Assembly (NCBI GenBank): GCA_015065065.1
Contig: SVQX01000006.1
Location: 1 to 60,005, forward strand
DNA length: 60,005 nt
DNA from: Oscillospiraceae bacterium
GTDB lineage: Bacteria > Bacillota > Clostridia > Oscillospirales > CAG-272
Reading direction: 5' to 3'
Below are positions 1 to 10,802 of this stretch, one piece after another (the first letter of the stretch is position 1; each line of letters opens with the position of its first letter). A model generated the notes under the pieces. The model had not been told where the DNA came from and made no database searches. It worked only from the letters and a program-made list of their open reading frames with translations. Position numbers and translations under genes: made by a program.

Positions 1-59
1 TAGCAGTAATTGCTATCGCAGGCGCAGCAGCCATTGTTCTTAAGAAAAAAGAAAACTAA
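1..59 (+). CDS. 3' end of an upstream gene; hydrophobic stretch plus basic tail (C-terminal membrane/cell-wall anchor-like)
   Basis: Frame 3 reads AVIAIAGAAAIVLKKKEN-stop (TAA 57-59), followed at once by a terminator. Confidence 0.6.
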   Translation, partial: AVIAIAGAAAIVLKKKEN

Positions 60-70
60 TTCTTAAATGA

Positions 71-100
71 CCAAAAGCCACCCTTCGGGGTGGCTTTTGG
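71..100 (+). terminator. Rho-independent terminator
   Basis: ccaaaagccaccc-ttcg-gggtggcttttgg perfect hairpin. Confidence 0.85.
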
Positions 101-150
101 GTTAGTTGAGAGTTGAAAATGGAAAATCAAGGAACGACGGACCCGCAGGT

Positions 151-245
151 GTCATCCTGAGCGAGCGTCAGCGAGTCGAATTTTTAACAATGTGATTTCG
201 GGCTTAGCGAAATCGCGATGTAAAAAGCGCCGAAGACGGGATCTC
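151..245. repeat. REP-like element (GTCATCCTGAGCG...GAAGGATCTC type) with an internal hairpin insert
   Basis: gtcatcctgagcgagcgtcagcgagtcgaa (151-180) and ggatctc (239-245) flank an imperfect hairpin at 181-226; family recognised from memory. Confidence 0.5.
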
Positions 246-414
246 GGAGCGAGTGGGCGATGGTTGGGGGCGAAATCAAAGAGGGAAGGGGGATTTTAAA
301 GACTTTTTGATGAAAACGTAATAAAATTTTTTATGTAAAATATCACAAAAATTTTTTCGAAATATTGCGCGGATTGTTTAAATAAGAGAAATTTTTGCTC
401 AATTGATTGACTTA

Positions 415-443
415 TTGACAAAAGGACATCATTGTGTTATAAT
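415..443 (+). promoter_or_regulatory. sigma-A promoter of the str operon
   Basis: TTGACA 415-420, 17 bp spacer, TG-n-TATAAT 435-443. Confidence 0.85.
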
Positions 444-589
444 AAACTATCCGTGTGGACTTACAAAGCCATACGTATGCCCTTTGGCAGAAACGTCTGC
501 GACACAAAGGAAAGTCACATATTTTCCTCTTTGCCGCGTGATGTCTGTAATAAACATTAAATTTTCAAAGAAGGAGGAAATCAGGAAAA

Positions 590-1009
590 ATGCCAACATT
601 TAATCAGCTTGTCAGACAGGGCCGTTCCGAGCGTGTTTACAAGTCCAAGGCACCCGTTCTTCAGAAGGGCTTTAACAGCCTTGAGGGTAAGACCACAGAT
701 CAGTCTTCTCCCCAGAAGCGCGGCGTTTGCACGAAGGTAAGCACCACCACCCCCAAGAAGCCTAACTCCGCACTTCGTAAGATCGCGAGAGTAAGACTTA
801 CCAACGGTCTTGAGGTCACCAGCTACATTCCCGGAATCGGACACAGCCTGCAGGAGCACTCTGTAGTTCTTATCCGCGGAGGAAGAGTACGTGACCTGCC
901 CGGCGTGCGTTACCACATCATCCGCGGTACGCTTGATGCACAGGGCGTTGCAAACCGTAACCAGAGCCGTTCCAAGTACGGCGCAAAAGCTCCTAAGCAG
1001 AAAAAGTAA
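590..1009 (+). CDS. rpsL: 30S ribosomal protein S12
   Basis: [31 protein letters not shown] motifs; RBS aggagg. Confidence 0.99.
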   Translation: MPTFNQLVRQGRSERVYKSKAPVLQKGFNSLEGKTTDQSSPQKRGVCTKVSTTTPKKPNSALRKIARVRLTNGLEVTSYIPGIGHSLQEHSVVLIRGGRVRDLPGVRYHIIRGTLDAQGVANRNQSRSKYGAKAPKQKK

Positions 1010-1204
1010 TTTTTCGAAAAAGAGCGCGCTATCCGTCGGCGCACCAAAATGACGGCGGTAAGGAAAGCAAAATTCAATATCACGCTGAGTGTTCCTCGAA
1101 ATTTTAATGTTTATGAGAGATGATCACACAGGCGCGTGGACAAAGGAAAATGCTTTTGAGTACCTATGATTTCATTCAAAATCTAATGAAGGAGGGAAGA
1201 TACA

Positions 1205-1675
1205 GTGCCTAGAAGAGGTAGAATATCTAAAAGAGATGTATTGCCGGATCCTATTTACGGCTCCAAGCTGGTAACCAAGCTTGTCAATAACGTAATGTAC
1301 GACGGTAAGAAGGGTGTAGCACAGACCATTGTTTATGATGCATTTACTCTTATCGAAGAAAAGGTTGGACAGAATCCCCTTGAAGTGTTCCAGGCAGCAC
1401 TCGATAATATTAAGCCCGAGCTTGAAGTTAAGGCTCGCCGCGTAGGTGGATCCACCTACCAGGTACCGATGGAGGTCAGAGCTGACCGTCAGCAGACTCT
1501 CGCATTGCGTTGGCTTATCACCTATTCCAGAAACCGTTCCGAGCGCACCATGGCAGAAAGACTCGCAGGAGAGATCATGGACGCAAAGAACAACATGGGC
1601 GGCGCTTTCAAGAAGAAGGAAGAGACCCATCGTATGGCAGAAGCAAACAAGGCTTTTGCACATTACAGATATTGA
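1205..1675 (+). CDS. rpsG: 30S ribosomal protein S7
   Basis: MPRRG start, [25 protein letters not shown]. Confidence 0.99.
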   Translation: MPRRGRISKRDVLPDPIYGSKLVTKLVNNVMYDGKKGVAQTIVYDAFTLIEEKVGQNPLEVFQAALDNIKPELEVKARRVGGSTYQVPMEVRADRQQTLALRWLITYSRNRSERTMAERLAGEIMDAKNNMGGAFKKKEETHRMAEANKAFAHYRY

Positions 1676-1740
1676 TAAGCTGTTACAAAAGAGTTGTAAC
1701 GGTTTGATATCAATGATATTCAAAATCAAGGAGTCAGTCA

Positions 1741-3825
1741 ATGGCAAGACAATTTTCACTTGATCGTACTCGTAATATCGGTATCATGGCTCACATCGAT
1801 GCCGGTAAGACGACGACTACGGAGCGTATCCTGTTCTATACCGGTAAGACGCACAAGCTGGGTGAGACCCACGAGGGCGCGGCTACCATGGACTGGATGG
1901 TACAGGAGCAGGAAAGAGGTATCACGATCACCTCTGCTGCTACTACCTGCTACTGGAACGATCACCGTATCAATATTATCGACACCCCCGGCCACGTAGA
2001 CTTTACCGTGGAGGTTGAAAGATCTCTCCGCGTGCTTGACGGTTCTGTAACCGTATTCTGCGCAAAGGGCGGCGTTGAGCCTCAGTCTGAGACCGTATGG
2101 CGTCAGGCTGACAAATACCACGTACCGCGTATGGCTTATGTAAATAAGATGGACATTACCGGTGCGGACTTCTATCATGTACTTGACATGATGAAGGACA
2201 GATTGCACACCAACCCCGTTCCGATTCAGCTGCCCATCGGTAAGGAGATGACCTTTAGAGGTATCGTTGACCTTATCAATATGGAGGCTGACGTATACTA
2301 CGACGAGAAGGGTACAGACGTTCGCGTTGAGCCCATTCCCGAGGATATGCAGGAGCTGGCGGAGGAGTACCGTAACGCAATGATCGAGGCTGTTGCCGAG
2401 ACCGACGAGGAGCTGTTTGAAAAGTACTGCGGCGGCGAGGAGCTGACCGTTGAGGAGATCAAGACGGCACTTCGTAAGGCAACTATCGCGAACACCATCG
2501 TTCCCGTAGTTTGCGGTTCTTCTTACAGAAACAAGGGCGTGCAGAAGATGCTGGACGCAGTTGTTGACTTTATGCCTTCTCCTCTTGATATTCCCGCTAT
2601 CAAGGGTGTAAACCCCGATACGGACGAAGAGGACGAAAGACAGGCAGACGACAACGCACCCTTCTCTGCGCTCGCATTCAAGATCATGACCGACCCCTTC
2701 GTAGGAAAGCTTTGCTACTTCCGCGTATACTCCGGTGTGGTTAACTCGGGTGAAACCGTTTACAACTCCACCAAGGGTAAGAGAGAGAGAATCGGTCGTA
2801 TACTGATGATGCACGCTAACGACAGAACGGATATCGATGCTTGCTACTGCGGTGATATCGCGGCGGCTATCGGTATCAAGAACACCACCACCGGTGACAC
2901 CTTCTGTGACGAGAAGCATCCGATCATTCTGGAATCCATGGAATTCCCCGAGCCCGTTATCAGCGTAGCTATCGAGCCTAAGACCCGCGCAGGTCAGGAA
3001 AAGATGGGTACTGCTCTTGCTAAGCTCGCAGAGGAAGACCCCACGTTCCGCGCATATACCGATGAAGAGACCGGACAGACCATCATCGCAGGTATGGGTG
3101 AGCTTCACCTTCAGATCATCGTTGACCGTCTGCTTCGTGAATTCAAGGTAGAGGCAAACATTGGTAAGCCTCAGGTTGCTTATAAGGAGACCATCCGTAA
3201 GGCAGTCGATCAGGATACCAAGTACAAGCGTCAGTCCGGCGGTAGCGGTCAGTACGGTCACGTTAAGATCACTATCGAGCCCAACGAGCCCGGTAAGGGT
3301 TACGAGTTTGTCAACGCTGTTGTCGGCGGTGCTATTCCGAAGGAATACATTCCCGCTGTTGATGCAGGTATCCAGGGCGCTATGCAGTCCGGTGTGCTTG
3401 CAGGCTATAACGTAGTTGACGTTAAGGTTACTCTTAACGACGGTTCTTACCACGAGGTAGACTCCTCTGAAATGGCGTTCAAGATTGCCGGTTCTATGGC
3501 ATTCAAGGAGGCTATGAGAAAGGCAGATCCCGTGCTTACAGAGCCTATGGTTAAGGTCGTTACCATCGTTCCCGAGGAGTATATGGGCGACGTTATCGGC
3601 GACTTCAACTCTCGCCGCGGACAGATCAACAGCATGGAGGCAGGCAACGGCGGTGTTCAGGAGATCAACGCATTCGTTCCGCTGTCCAACATGTTTGGTT
3701 ACGCAACAGACCTCCGTTCCAAGACTCAGGGTCGCGGACTCTATTCTATGGAGCCCAGCCACTTCTCTGAGGTTCCGAAGTCTGTTCAGGAAGAAATTAT
3801 CAAGGCTCGCGGTAAGCAGCAGTAA
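1741..3825 (+). CDS. fusA: Elongation factor G
   Basis: [26 protein letters not shown]; 694 aa; str operon context. Confidence 0.99.
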   Translation: MARQFSLDRTRNIGIMAHIDAGKTTTTERILFYTGKTHKLGETHEGAATMDWMVQEQERGITITSAATTCYWNDHRINIIDTPGHVDFTVEVERSLRVLDGSVTVFCAKGGVEPQSETVWRQADKYHVPRMAYVNKMDITGADFYHVLDMMKDRLHTNPVPIQLPIGKEMTFRGIVDLINMEADVYYDEKGTDVRVEPIPEDMQELAEEYRNAMIEAVAETDEELFEKYCGGEELTVEEIKTALRKATIANTIVPVVCGSSYRNKGVQKMLDAVVDFMPSPLDIPAIKGVNPDTDEEDERQADDNAPFSALAFKIMTDPFVGKLCYFRVYSGVVNSGETVYNSTKGKRERIGRILMMHANDRTDIDACYCGDIAAAIGIKNTTTGDTFCDEKHPIILESMEFPEPVISVAIEPKTRAGQEKMGTALAKLAEEDPTFRAYTDEETGQTIIAGMGELHLQIIVDRLLREFKVEANIGKPQVAYKETIRKAVDQDTKYKRQSGGSGQYGHVKITIEPNEPGKGYEFVNAVVGGAIPKEYIPAVDAGIQGAMQSGVLAGYNVVDVKVTLNDGSYHEVDSSEMAFKIAGSMAFKEAMRKADPVLTEPMVKVVTIVPEEYMGDVIGDFNSRRGQINSMEAGNGGVQEINAFVPLSNMFGYATDLRSKTQGRGLYSMEPSHFSEVPKSVQEEIIKARGKQQ

Positions 3826-3932
3826 TTTCTTGGTGAGGACAAGCCTCACAAAAGCGCGGCAAGAGCTTTGAGCTTGCACAAAAACAGTTCGCAAAAAACA
3901 GAAAATAAAAAATTATTTGGAGGATTCTAACA

Positions 3933-5138
3933 ATGTCAAAGGCTACATTCGAACGTACAAAGCCCCATGTCAACATTGGTACTATCGGCCACGTTGACCA
4001 CGGTAAGACCACTCTTACCGCAGCTATCACCAAGACCCTTTCTCTCGGACAGGGTAACGTTGAGTTCATGGCATACGACCAGATCGACAACGCTCCCGAG
4101 GAGAGAGCAAGAGGTATCACAATCAACACCAGACACGTTGAGTACGAGACCGAGAACCGTCACTACGCTCACGTTGACTGCCCCGGCCACGCAGACTACG
4201 TTAAGAACATGATCACCGGTGCTGCTCAGATGGACGGCGCTATCCTCGTAGTTGCAGGTACCGACGGACCTCTTCAGCAGACCCGCGAGCACGTTCTTCT
4301 TGCTCGTCAGGTAGGCGTTCCCGCAATCGTAGTATTCCTTAACAAGAGAGACCTCGTTGACGACGACGAGCTGCTCGACCTCGTAGAGATGGAAGTTCGT
4401 GAGCTTCTCTCCTCCTACCAGTTCCCCGGCGATGACATTCCGATCATCCGCGGTTCTGCTCGTGACGCTCTCGAGTCCACCAACACCGACACCTCCGCTC
4501 CTGAGTATGCTTGCATCCTCGAGCTGATGGCAGCTGTTGACGAGTACATTCCTACTCCTGACCGTCAGGCTGATAAGGACTTCCTTATGCCTGTAGAGGA
4601 CGTATTCTCCATCTCCGGCCGTGGTACTGTTGCTACCGGTCGTGTAGAGAGAGGTACTCTTAAGGTTAACGACGTAGTAGAGATCGTTGGTCTTACAGAC
4701 GAGAAGGCTACTACCACCGTTACCGGTGTAGAGATGTTCCACAAGCTCCTGCCCCAGGCAGAGGCTGGTGATAACATTGGAGCACTCCTCCGTGGTGTTG
4801 CTAAGGACGGCATCCGTCGTGGACAGGTTCTTGCAAAGCCCAACTCCGTACACCCCCATGCAAAGTTCAAGGGACAGGTTTACGTTCTTACCGAGAAGGA
4901 AGGCGGCCGTTCTAAGCCCTTCTTTGCAGGCTACCGTCCTCAGTTCTTCTTCAGAACTACCGACGTTACCGGTGTTATCAACCTTCCCGACGGCGTAGAG
5001 ATGTGCCGCCCTGGTGATAACGTTGATATGACCGTTGAGCTTATCACTCCCGTAGCTTGCGAGCAGGGACTCCGTTTCGCTATCCGTGAGGGTGGTAGAA
5101 CTGTTGGTTCCGGCGTCGTAGCTGAGATCCTTGACTAA
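3933..5138 (+). CDS. tuf: Elongation factor Tu
   Basis: [37 protein letters not shown]. Confidence 0.99.
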   Translation: MSKATFERTKPHVNIGTIGHVDHGKTTLTAAITKTLSLGQGNVEFMAYDQIDNAPEERARGITINTRHVEYETENRHYAHVDCPGHADYVKNMITGAAQMDGAILVVAGTDGPLQQTREHVLLARQVGVPAIVVFLNKRDLVDDDELLDLVEMEVRELLSSYQFPGDDIPIIRGSARDALESTNTDTSAPEYACILELMAAVDEYIPTPDRQADKDFLMPVEDVFSISGRGTVATGRVERGTLKVNDVVEIVGLTDEKATTTVTGVEMFHKLLPQAEAGDNIGALLRGVAKDGIRRGQVLAKPNSVHPHAKFKGQVYVLTEKEGGRSKPFFAGYRPQFFFRTTDVTGVINLPDGVEMCRPGDNVDMTVELITPVACEQGLRFAIREGGRTVGSGVVAEILD

Positions 5139-5193
5139 TTTTAGCTGATACAGCTTTAGTCTTTAATGCCGAAGTCTTATAGACTTTAAAGAG

Positions 5194-5237
5194 ATCCAAC
5201 CCGATACTGCGGATTTTCCGTAAATGTCGGGTTGGAT
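5194..5237 (+). terminator. Probable terminator hairpin after tuf
   Basis: tccaacccgata...tgtcgggttgga stem; T-tract is weak. Confidence 0.55.
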
Positions 5238-5292
5238 TTCGGGCGTTAATAATGATTTTCAAAAAAGCCCTCGAAAGGGGCAGAAACACAAC

Positions 5293-5426
5293 TATCTTTG
5301 AGGATTGGTGAAATTCCATACCGGTGGTAAAGCCCACAAACGCGCCGAAAAACGACGCGCCGAGCAGGTGAGAGTCCTGCGCCGACGGTGTTGCGATGAG
5401 TCGCAGAGTCCGGATGAGAAAAGATA
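5293..5426 (+). ncRNA. FMN riboswitch (RFN element)
   Basis: tatctt...ggtgaaattccataccggtggtaaagcccac...ggtgagagtcc...gccgacggt...agtccggatgagaaaagata follows the RFN consensus; upstream of an ECF S-component; terminator-like hairpin with T-run at about 5498-5529. Confidence 0.92.
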
Positions 5427-5562
5427 AAAAAAGGCCGCGGCTGCGGCACTCCATGCAAATAAGAGAGGCTCTGTTCAAGCCTTGCAAAAAGGATGTATCC
5501 CTCTCGAAAGTCAAGAGAGGACTTTTTTTATTCTTTTCCGTTATCTCGGAAAGGAAAAGCAA

Positions 5563-6201
5563 ATGTCAATAAACATAGAAAACAACAGCGGAGGAGTATC
5601 TCCCCGCAAGAAAATAAATATAAGGTATATGGCGACGGTGGGACTGCTGTCGGCACTGTCAACGGTGCTGATGTACATAGAGTTTTCCGTGCCGTTTATG
5701 CCCGCGTTCATCAAGTGTGACGTGTCCGATCTGCCCGCGCTTGTCGCGTCCTTCTCCCTTGGACCTGTGGCGGGCGTGCTGACACAGCTGCTTAAAAATC
5801 TGCTTCATCTGCCCGTGACCACAACATCGGGGGTGGGGGAGCTGGCTAATTTTATTCTCGGAGCAGCATTCGTGCTGCCTGCGGGAATAATTTACCGTTA
5901 CGTAAAAAACAAAAAGGGCGCGCTTATCGGCTCGCTTGCGGGAATGCTTGCCATGGCGGCGACAAGCTTCCCTGTAAATTTGTTTATTACATATCCGTTT
6001 TACACAAATTTCATGCCGCTTGAAGCGATAATAGGGGCGTACAGCGCGATAAACCCTGCGGTGGATTCCTTGCCTGAGGCGCTTCTTATGTTCAACGTGC
6101 CGTTTACGGCGGCTAAGGGACTTATCAGCGTGATAATAACCTTCCTCGTATACAAAAGAATATCGCCTCTGCTGAGAGGAAAGCCAAAGGCACTTAAATA
6201 A
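5563..6201 (+). CDS. ribU: ECF transporter S component, riboflavin (RibU)
   Basis: EFSVPFMPAFIKCDVSDLPAL, GVGELANF, FNVPFT motifs; hydrophobic; FMN riboswitch upstream; ATG 5563 after aagga. Confidence 0.88.
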   Translation: MSINIENNSGGVSPRKKINIRYMATVGLLSALSTVLMYIEFSVPFMPAFIKCDVSDLPALVASFSLGPVAGVLTQLLKNLLHLPVTTTSGVGELANFILGAAFVLPAGIIYRYVKNKKGALIGSLAGMLAMAATSFPVNLFITYPFYTNFMPLEAIIGAYSAINPAVDSLPEALLMFNVPFTAAKGLISVIITFLVYKRISPLLRGKPKALK

Positions 6202-6238
6202 TTGAAAATACCGTCAAAAGAAAGGACTAAAAACCGCT

Positions 6239-6745
6239 ATGACCGAAGCAATACAGGAATTTTTCCTTGAAACCGTAGGCAGGGAGTGGTGTGTATTTTT
6301 CTGCTCCATGATCCCGATAATAGAGCTTCGCGGTGCAGTTCCGATGGGCTGGGCGATGGGCTTGCCGTGGTGGCAGACCTTCCTCATCAGCATTGTGGGC
6401 AATATGGTTCCCGTCCCGTTTATTTTGCTGTTCATCAACAAATTCATAAAATTCATGTCCGGCTCCAAGGTCAAGCTTTTTAACAAAATTGCAAATTGGC
6501 TGCTTGGAAAGGTTGAGAAAAACCGCGGAAAGATTGAGAAATACGCATTTTGGGGCGTGACCTTGTTCGTAGCTATACCGCTTCCCGCAACGGGTGCGTG
6601 GACAGGCTCTCTCGTTGCCGCGGCTATCAATATGAAATTCTGGAAGGCTATGCTTTCTGCCTTTGTCGGTGTGCTTATCGCGGGCACAGTAATGACGATT
6701 ATCTCCTACGGCGGAATTGCCGCTATCGCAGGACTCTTTAAATAA
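6239..6745 (+). CDS. Putative small multi-drug export family membrane protein
   Basis: [13 protein letters not shown] and [14 protein letters not shown] signature motifs. Confidence 0.8.
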   Translation: MTEAIQEFFLETVGREWCVFFCSMIPIIELRGAVPMGWAMGLPWWQTFLISIVGNMVPVPFILLFINKFIKFMSGSKVKLFNKIANWLLGKVEKNRGKIEKYAFWGVTLFVAIPLPATGAWTGSLVAAAINMKFWKAMLSAFVGVLIAGTVMTIISYGGIAAIAGLFK

Positions 6746-6764
6746 AACTAAAAGGATTGAAAAA

Positions 6765-7949
6765 ATGAAAAAACTGCTTTTTACGTCCGAATCCGTAACC
6801 GAAGGACATCCCGATAAGATCTCGGACAAAATATCCGACGCTATCCTGGACGAAATACTGAGTCAGGACCCCACGGCTCGTGTGGCTTGCGAAACCTTCG
6901 TTACCACGGGACTTATCGCCGTAATGGGTGAGATAACCACCACGGCGCACGTTGATTATCAGAAGGTGGCGCGCAATACCGTCCGCGAGATCGGTTACGA
7001 CCGCGCAAAGTACGGCTTTGACTGTGACAGCTGTGCGTTTATTTCGTCTATTCACGAGCAATCTCCCGATATCGCTATGGGTGTTGATAAGGCGCTTGAG
7101 GCAAAGAAGGGCGAGATGCAGGATAAGTACGATATCGGTGCGGGCGACCAGGGAATCATGTTCGGCTATGCGTGCGACGAAACGCCCGAGCTTATGCCTC
7201 TGCCAATCTCACTTTCCCACGCACTTGCAAAAAGACTTACCGAGGTGCGTAAGAGTGGTCTGCTTACATATCTCCGCCCCGACGGAAAGACTCAGGTCAC
7301 GGTGGAATATCACGACAATAAGCCCGTCCGTGTTGATGCGGTGGTGGTTTCCACCCAGCACAGCGAGGAAGTTGATATCGACACCATTCGCCGCGACATG
7401 ATAAACGAGGTGATCAACAAGACCATTCCCTCCGAGCTGCTCGACGGGAACACCAAGATATACGTCAACCCCACGGGACGCTTCGTTATCGGTGGCCCTG
7501 CGGGAGATACGGGACTTACGGGACGCAAGATAATCGTTGATACGTATGGCGGATACGCACGTCACGGCGGCGGCGCGTTCTCGGGCAAGGACCCCACTAA
7601 GGTAGACCGTTCCGCAACCTACGCGGCAAGATATATCGCAAAGAATATCGTGGCGGCAGGACTTGCAAGCCGTTGCGAGGTCGAGCTTGCTTACGCTATC
7701 GGAGTTGCAAGGCCCGTGTCGGTTATGATCGACACCTACGGCACGGCAACCGTGGACGAGGAAAAGATCGCAGAAGCGGTGCTTCGCCACGTTGACCTTC
7801 GCCCTGCGGCTATAATTGACAGATTCGGACTTCGCCGTCCCATCTACTGCAACGTAGCGGCTTACGGCCACATGGGACGGGAGGACGTAGAAGCTCCGTG
7901 GGAGAACAGAGATCTCGCACCCATACTCAAAGCAGAGCTGCTTGCATAA
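6765..7949 (+). CDS. metK: S-adenosylmethionine synthetase
   Basis: [35 protein letters not shown]; ATG 6765. Confidence 0.98.
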   Translation: MKKLLFTSESVTEGHPDKISDKISDAILDEILSQDPTARVACETFVTTGLIAVMGEITTTAHVDYQKVARNTVREIGYDRAKYGFDCDSCAFISSIHEQSPDIAMGVDKALEAKKGEMQDKYDIGAGDQGIMFGYACDETPELMPLPISLSHALAKRLTEVRKSGLLTYLRPDGKTQVTVEYHDNKPVRVDAVVVSTQHSEEVDIDTIRRDMINEVINKTIPSELLDGNTKIYVNPTGRFVIGGPAGDTGLTGRKIIVDTYGGYARHGGGAFSGKDPTKVDRSATYAARYIAKNIVAAGLASRCEVELAYAIGVARPVSVMIDTYGTATVDEEKIAEAVLRHVDLRPAAIIDRFGLRRPIYCNVAAYGHMGREDVEAPWENRDLAPILKAELLA

Positions 7950-8084
7950 AATCCGTAATTCTGCGTTGCCGGGTGACTCAGTTGGCTTGGAGTAGGGAAC
8001 TACACCGTCGCCTCCTTCGCACCCTTGCGTCTTGTCTTACGAATTTTCTGCGGCGCAGCAGAGCTACTATCTGCTTGCATAAAA
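7938..8084. repeat. MITE-like structured element at the metK 3' end
   Basis: ctgcttgcataaaa occurs at 7938-7951 and again at 8071-8084; imperfect inverted repeat gcataaaatccgtaa / ttacgaattttctgc; central gtag-ggaa-ctac hairpin. Confidence 0.5.
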
Positions 8085-8201
8085 ACCAAATCATATAAAT
8101 TAAATATCACAACACCCCCGTGTTGCACATACGCTGTCATTAGGGCTGAATGCCACGGCGGCTGTTGCCCACGGGGAGTTTGCTCATTTGGAGGTGTTGT
8201 G

Positions 8202-8549
8202 ATGACAGACGGCAGAGTGATCTTTGAGATATTTTTGGCGGCGTTTGCCGTAATTGGCTTTTACGGAATACTGCGCATGATAGTCGAAGCGGTGTTTCCG
8301 TCCGACTACCTTGATGTTGCCGTGCGCATTTACGACGAGGAGCAGGTGGAGCGATTGGATATCATTCTCAAGATCGCCGACTCTAAAAGCTGTCGCCGTC
8401 GCGGAGAGGGACTCGTGGTGCTGATATCCTCACAGCTCATGCAGGGCGTTATGGGCTATGGCGAGGTGCTCCGTCCGGAGCTTGAGGCTCTGCTTCGTCA
8501 GTACAACGCAGATTGCTTTGTGGTAAATCTTGACCGAGAGGTCGAATAA
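8202..8549 (+). CDS. Hypothetical protein with N-terminal transmembrane helix
   Basis: ATG 8202 after ggaggt; hydrophobic N-terminus; ends 18 bp before recD2. Confidence 0.7.
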   Translation: MTDGRVIFEIFLAAFAVIGFYGILRMIVEAVFPSDYLDVAVRIYDEEQVERLDIILKIADSKSCRRRGEGLVVLISSQLMQGVMGYGEVLRPELEALLRQYNADCFVVNLDREVE

Positions 8550-8567
8550 ATAAAAAGGAGGGAGAAA

Positions 8568-10802
8568 ATGGAATACGCGGAAAACGGCGCGGCATTTGAA
8601 AACGACGGCATGGAACGGCTGTCAGGCGTTGTAGAGCGCATAATCTACCGCAACGAGGAAAACGGATATACCGTTTGCGATATCGACGTTGACGGAGAGA
8701 ATGAAATGCAGACCGCCGTAGGAATTCTCCCCTACGTTGGCGTGGGCGATAGCCTTGTGCTTTGGGGCGCGTGGATACATACGCCGAAATACGGACGGCA
8801 GTTCAAGGCGGAAAGATTTGAAAAGGAAATGCCCACCGATACCGCGTCTATTTTGCGGTATCTTTCCTCACGCACCATAAAGGGCATAGGTCCGCGTATC
8901 GCGCAGAGGATAGTGGAGGAGTTCGGCGAGGATTCGCTTGACGTTATTGAAAATCACCCCGAATGGCTGGCGCACGTGCAGGGAATATCACGAAAGTCGG
9001 CAATGAGCATATCCGAGGACTACAAGGCAAAGTCGGGTATGCGCTCGGCAATGATGTTTTTCAGAGAATATTTCGGCGCGGCTACCACGGTAAAAATATA
9101 TAAAAAATGGGGCGGTGCGGCAGTGGACGTTGCCCGCAAGAATCCTTACCGCCTTTGTGATGAAATAGAAGGTGTCGGCTTTGAACGCGCCGACAGATTT
9201 GCTATGTCCATGGGCGCGGAGCTTGACGGAGTGGAGCGGCTGATGAGCGGAATTTTGTATATGCTCTCCTCAAATGCCATGTCAAACGGACACGTCTGCC
9301 TGCCGCGAGCAAAGCTTGTGGAGGGCGCGGCGGCTCTGCTTTCGGTGTCCGCCGATAAGGTAGCCGAGGCGCTTCAGATACTTATAGATTCAGACGGCGC
9401 AAGATTGCGCGGCGAGATGGTATACGACCGTCGCGCCGATAGGCAGGAGCAGTATATCGCGGACAAGCTGATATTGCTTGAAAAGCTTTGTGCATCAATA
9501 AGTATTGATGATGTAAACGCATTTATCGCGCGTGAGGAAAGGCGCAACAGCGTGCAGTACGCCGCAGGGCAGAGAAAGGCTATATTTGACGCTCTTGAAA
9601 ATGGAGTTATGATACTTACGGGCGGTCCCGGTACGGGTAAGACCACCGTCGTCAAGGCACTGCTTGATATTTTTTCGAGTATGGATATGCGGGTGGCGCT
9701 GTGCGCTCCTACGGGACGCGCGGCAAAGCGGTTGTCCGAATCCACCACTCACGAGGCAAAGACCATTCATAGGCTTCTTGAAATGGAGTTTGGCGAGGGA
9801 GAGGAGGTAGGACGCTTCCGCCGAAACGAGCAGGACCTGCTTGATGAGGACGTGATAATTGCCGATGAGGCGTCAATGATAGATAATTCCCTTATGTGCG
9901 CTCTGCTTCGGGCGATAAAGCCGGGCGCGAGGGTGATACTTATAGGCGACTCGGATCAGCTTCCCAGCGTGGGGGCGGGACGGGTGTTAAACGACATTAT
10001 CGACAGCGGACGGTTTGCAACCGTGCGGCTGGATGAGATATTCCGTCAGTCGCAGCAGTCGCTGATAGTCACAAACGCGCACGCCGTCAACGAGGGCAGA
10101 TACCCGACGCTGACGGTCAAGGACAGCGATTTCTTTTTCCTGCCGAGGGAAACAGATGCGCAGACTGCCGCTACCGTGATGCAGCTTTACAGCGAAAGGC
10201 TGCCGAGGGCTTACGGAAGGACTACCGAAAACGGCATACAGATAATTACCCCGTCGCGCAAGGGCGAGTGCGGAACGGACAACCTTAACCGCCTGCTGCA
10301 GAGCTCACTCAATCCGCGTGCGAAGGGCAAGCGGGAAATTGCTTTCCGCGACACCGTCTACCGCGAGGGTGACAGAGTGATGCAGACAAAAAACAACTAC
10401 GACGTTGAGTGGGAGCAGGACGGATTCGACGGTGAGTACGGCTCGGGCGTTTTCAACGGCGACATTGGAGTTATTGAAAGTATTGATGCCGCCGAGGACG
10501 AGATACGCATCCGCTTTGATGACAGAGTGGCGCTCTACGATACGACCATGCTGGACGAGCTTGAGCATGCGTGGGCGATAACGGTACATAAAAGTCAGGG
10601 CAGTGAATATCCCTACGTTATAATTCCTCTGTATTCCGCCCCGCCAATGCTGCTTTGCCGAAATCTGCTCTATACGGCGATAACGCGAGCGGAAACAATG
10701 GTGATACTCGTCGGTAAGGAAGATGTTTTGCGGCGCATGGTGGATAATAAGCGGCAGTCCATGCGCTATACGGGACTTGCAGAAAGGCTTTCCTATGAAT
10801 AA
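8568..10802 (+). CDS. recD2: ATP-dependent RecD2-like SF1B DNA helicase
   Basis: HhH IKGIGPRIA, GGPGTGKT, APTGRAAKR, DEASM, GDSDQLPSVG, TVHKSQGSEY, LLYTAITRA. Confidence 0.95.
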   Translation: MEYAENGAAFENDGMERLSGVVERIIYRNEENGYTVCDIDVDGENEMQTAVGILPYVGVGDSLVLWGAWIHTPKYGRQFKAERFEKEMPTDTASILRYLSSRTIKGIGPRIAQRIVEEFGEDSLDVIENHPEWLAHVQGISRKSAMSISEDYKAKSGMRSAMMFFREYFGAATTVKIYKKWGGAAVDVARKNPYRLCDEIEGVGFERADRFAMSMGAELDGVERLMSGILYMLSSNAMSNGHVCLPRAKLVEGAAALLSVSADKVAEALQILIDSDGARLRGEMVYDRRADRQEQYIADKLILLEKLCASISIDDVNAFIAREERRNSVQYAAGQRKAIFDALENGVMILTGGPGTGKTTVVKALLDIFSSMDMRVALCAPTGRAAKRLSESTTHEAKTIHRLLEMEFGEGEEVGRFRRNEQDLLDEDVIIADEASMIDNSLMCALLRAIKPGARVILIGDSDQLPSVGAGRVLNDIIDSGRFATVRLDEIFRQSQQSLIVTNAHAVNEGRYPTLTVKDSDFFFLPRETDAQTAATVMQLYSERLPRAYGRTTENGIQIITPSRKGECGTDNLNRLLQSSLNPRAKGKREIAFRDTVYREGDRVMQTKNNYDVEWEQDGFDGEYGSGVFNGDIGVIESIDAAEDEIRIRFDDRVALYDTTMLDELEHAWAITVHKSQGSEYPYVIIPLYSAPPMLLCRNLLYTAITRAETMVILVGKEDVLRRMVDNKRQSMRYTGLAERLSYE

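Noticed and set aside
1756-3894. 712-aa minus-strand ORF opposite fusA (likewise 3936-4859 opposite tuf)
   Set aside because: Antisense shadow of a highly codon-biased gene; no RBS and no recognisable motifs
5482-5562. N-terminal extensions in the ORF track (ribU; also metK, mreB, rpoB, priA, folT, MATE)
   Set aside because: They run through riboswitches, promoters or neighbouring genes; downstream starts with an RBS fit the families better
8108-8135. Possible sporulation sigma-K-like promoter (AC-N16-CATACGCT)
   Set aside because: Motif too short to support by eye
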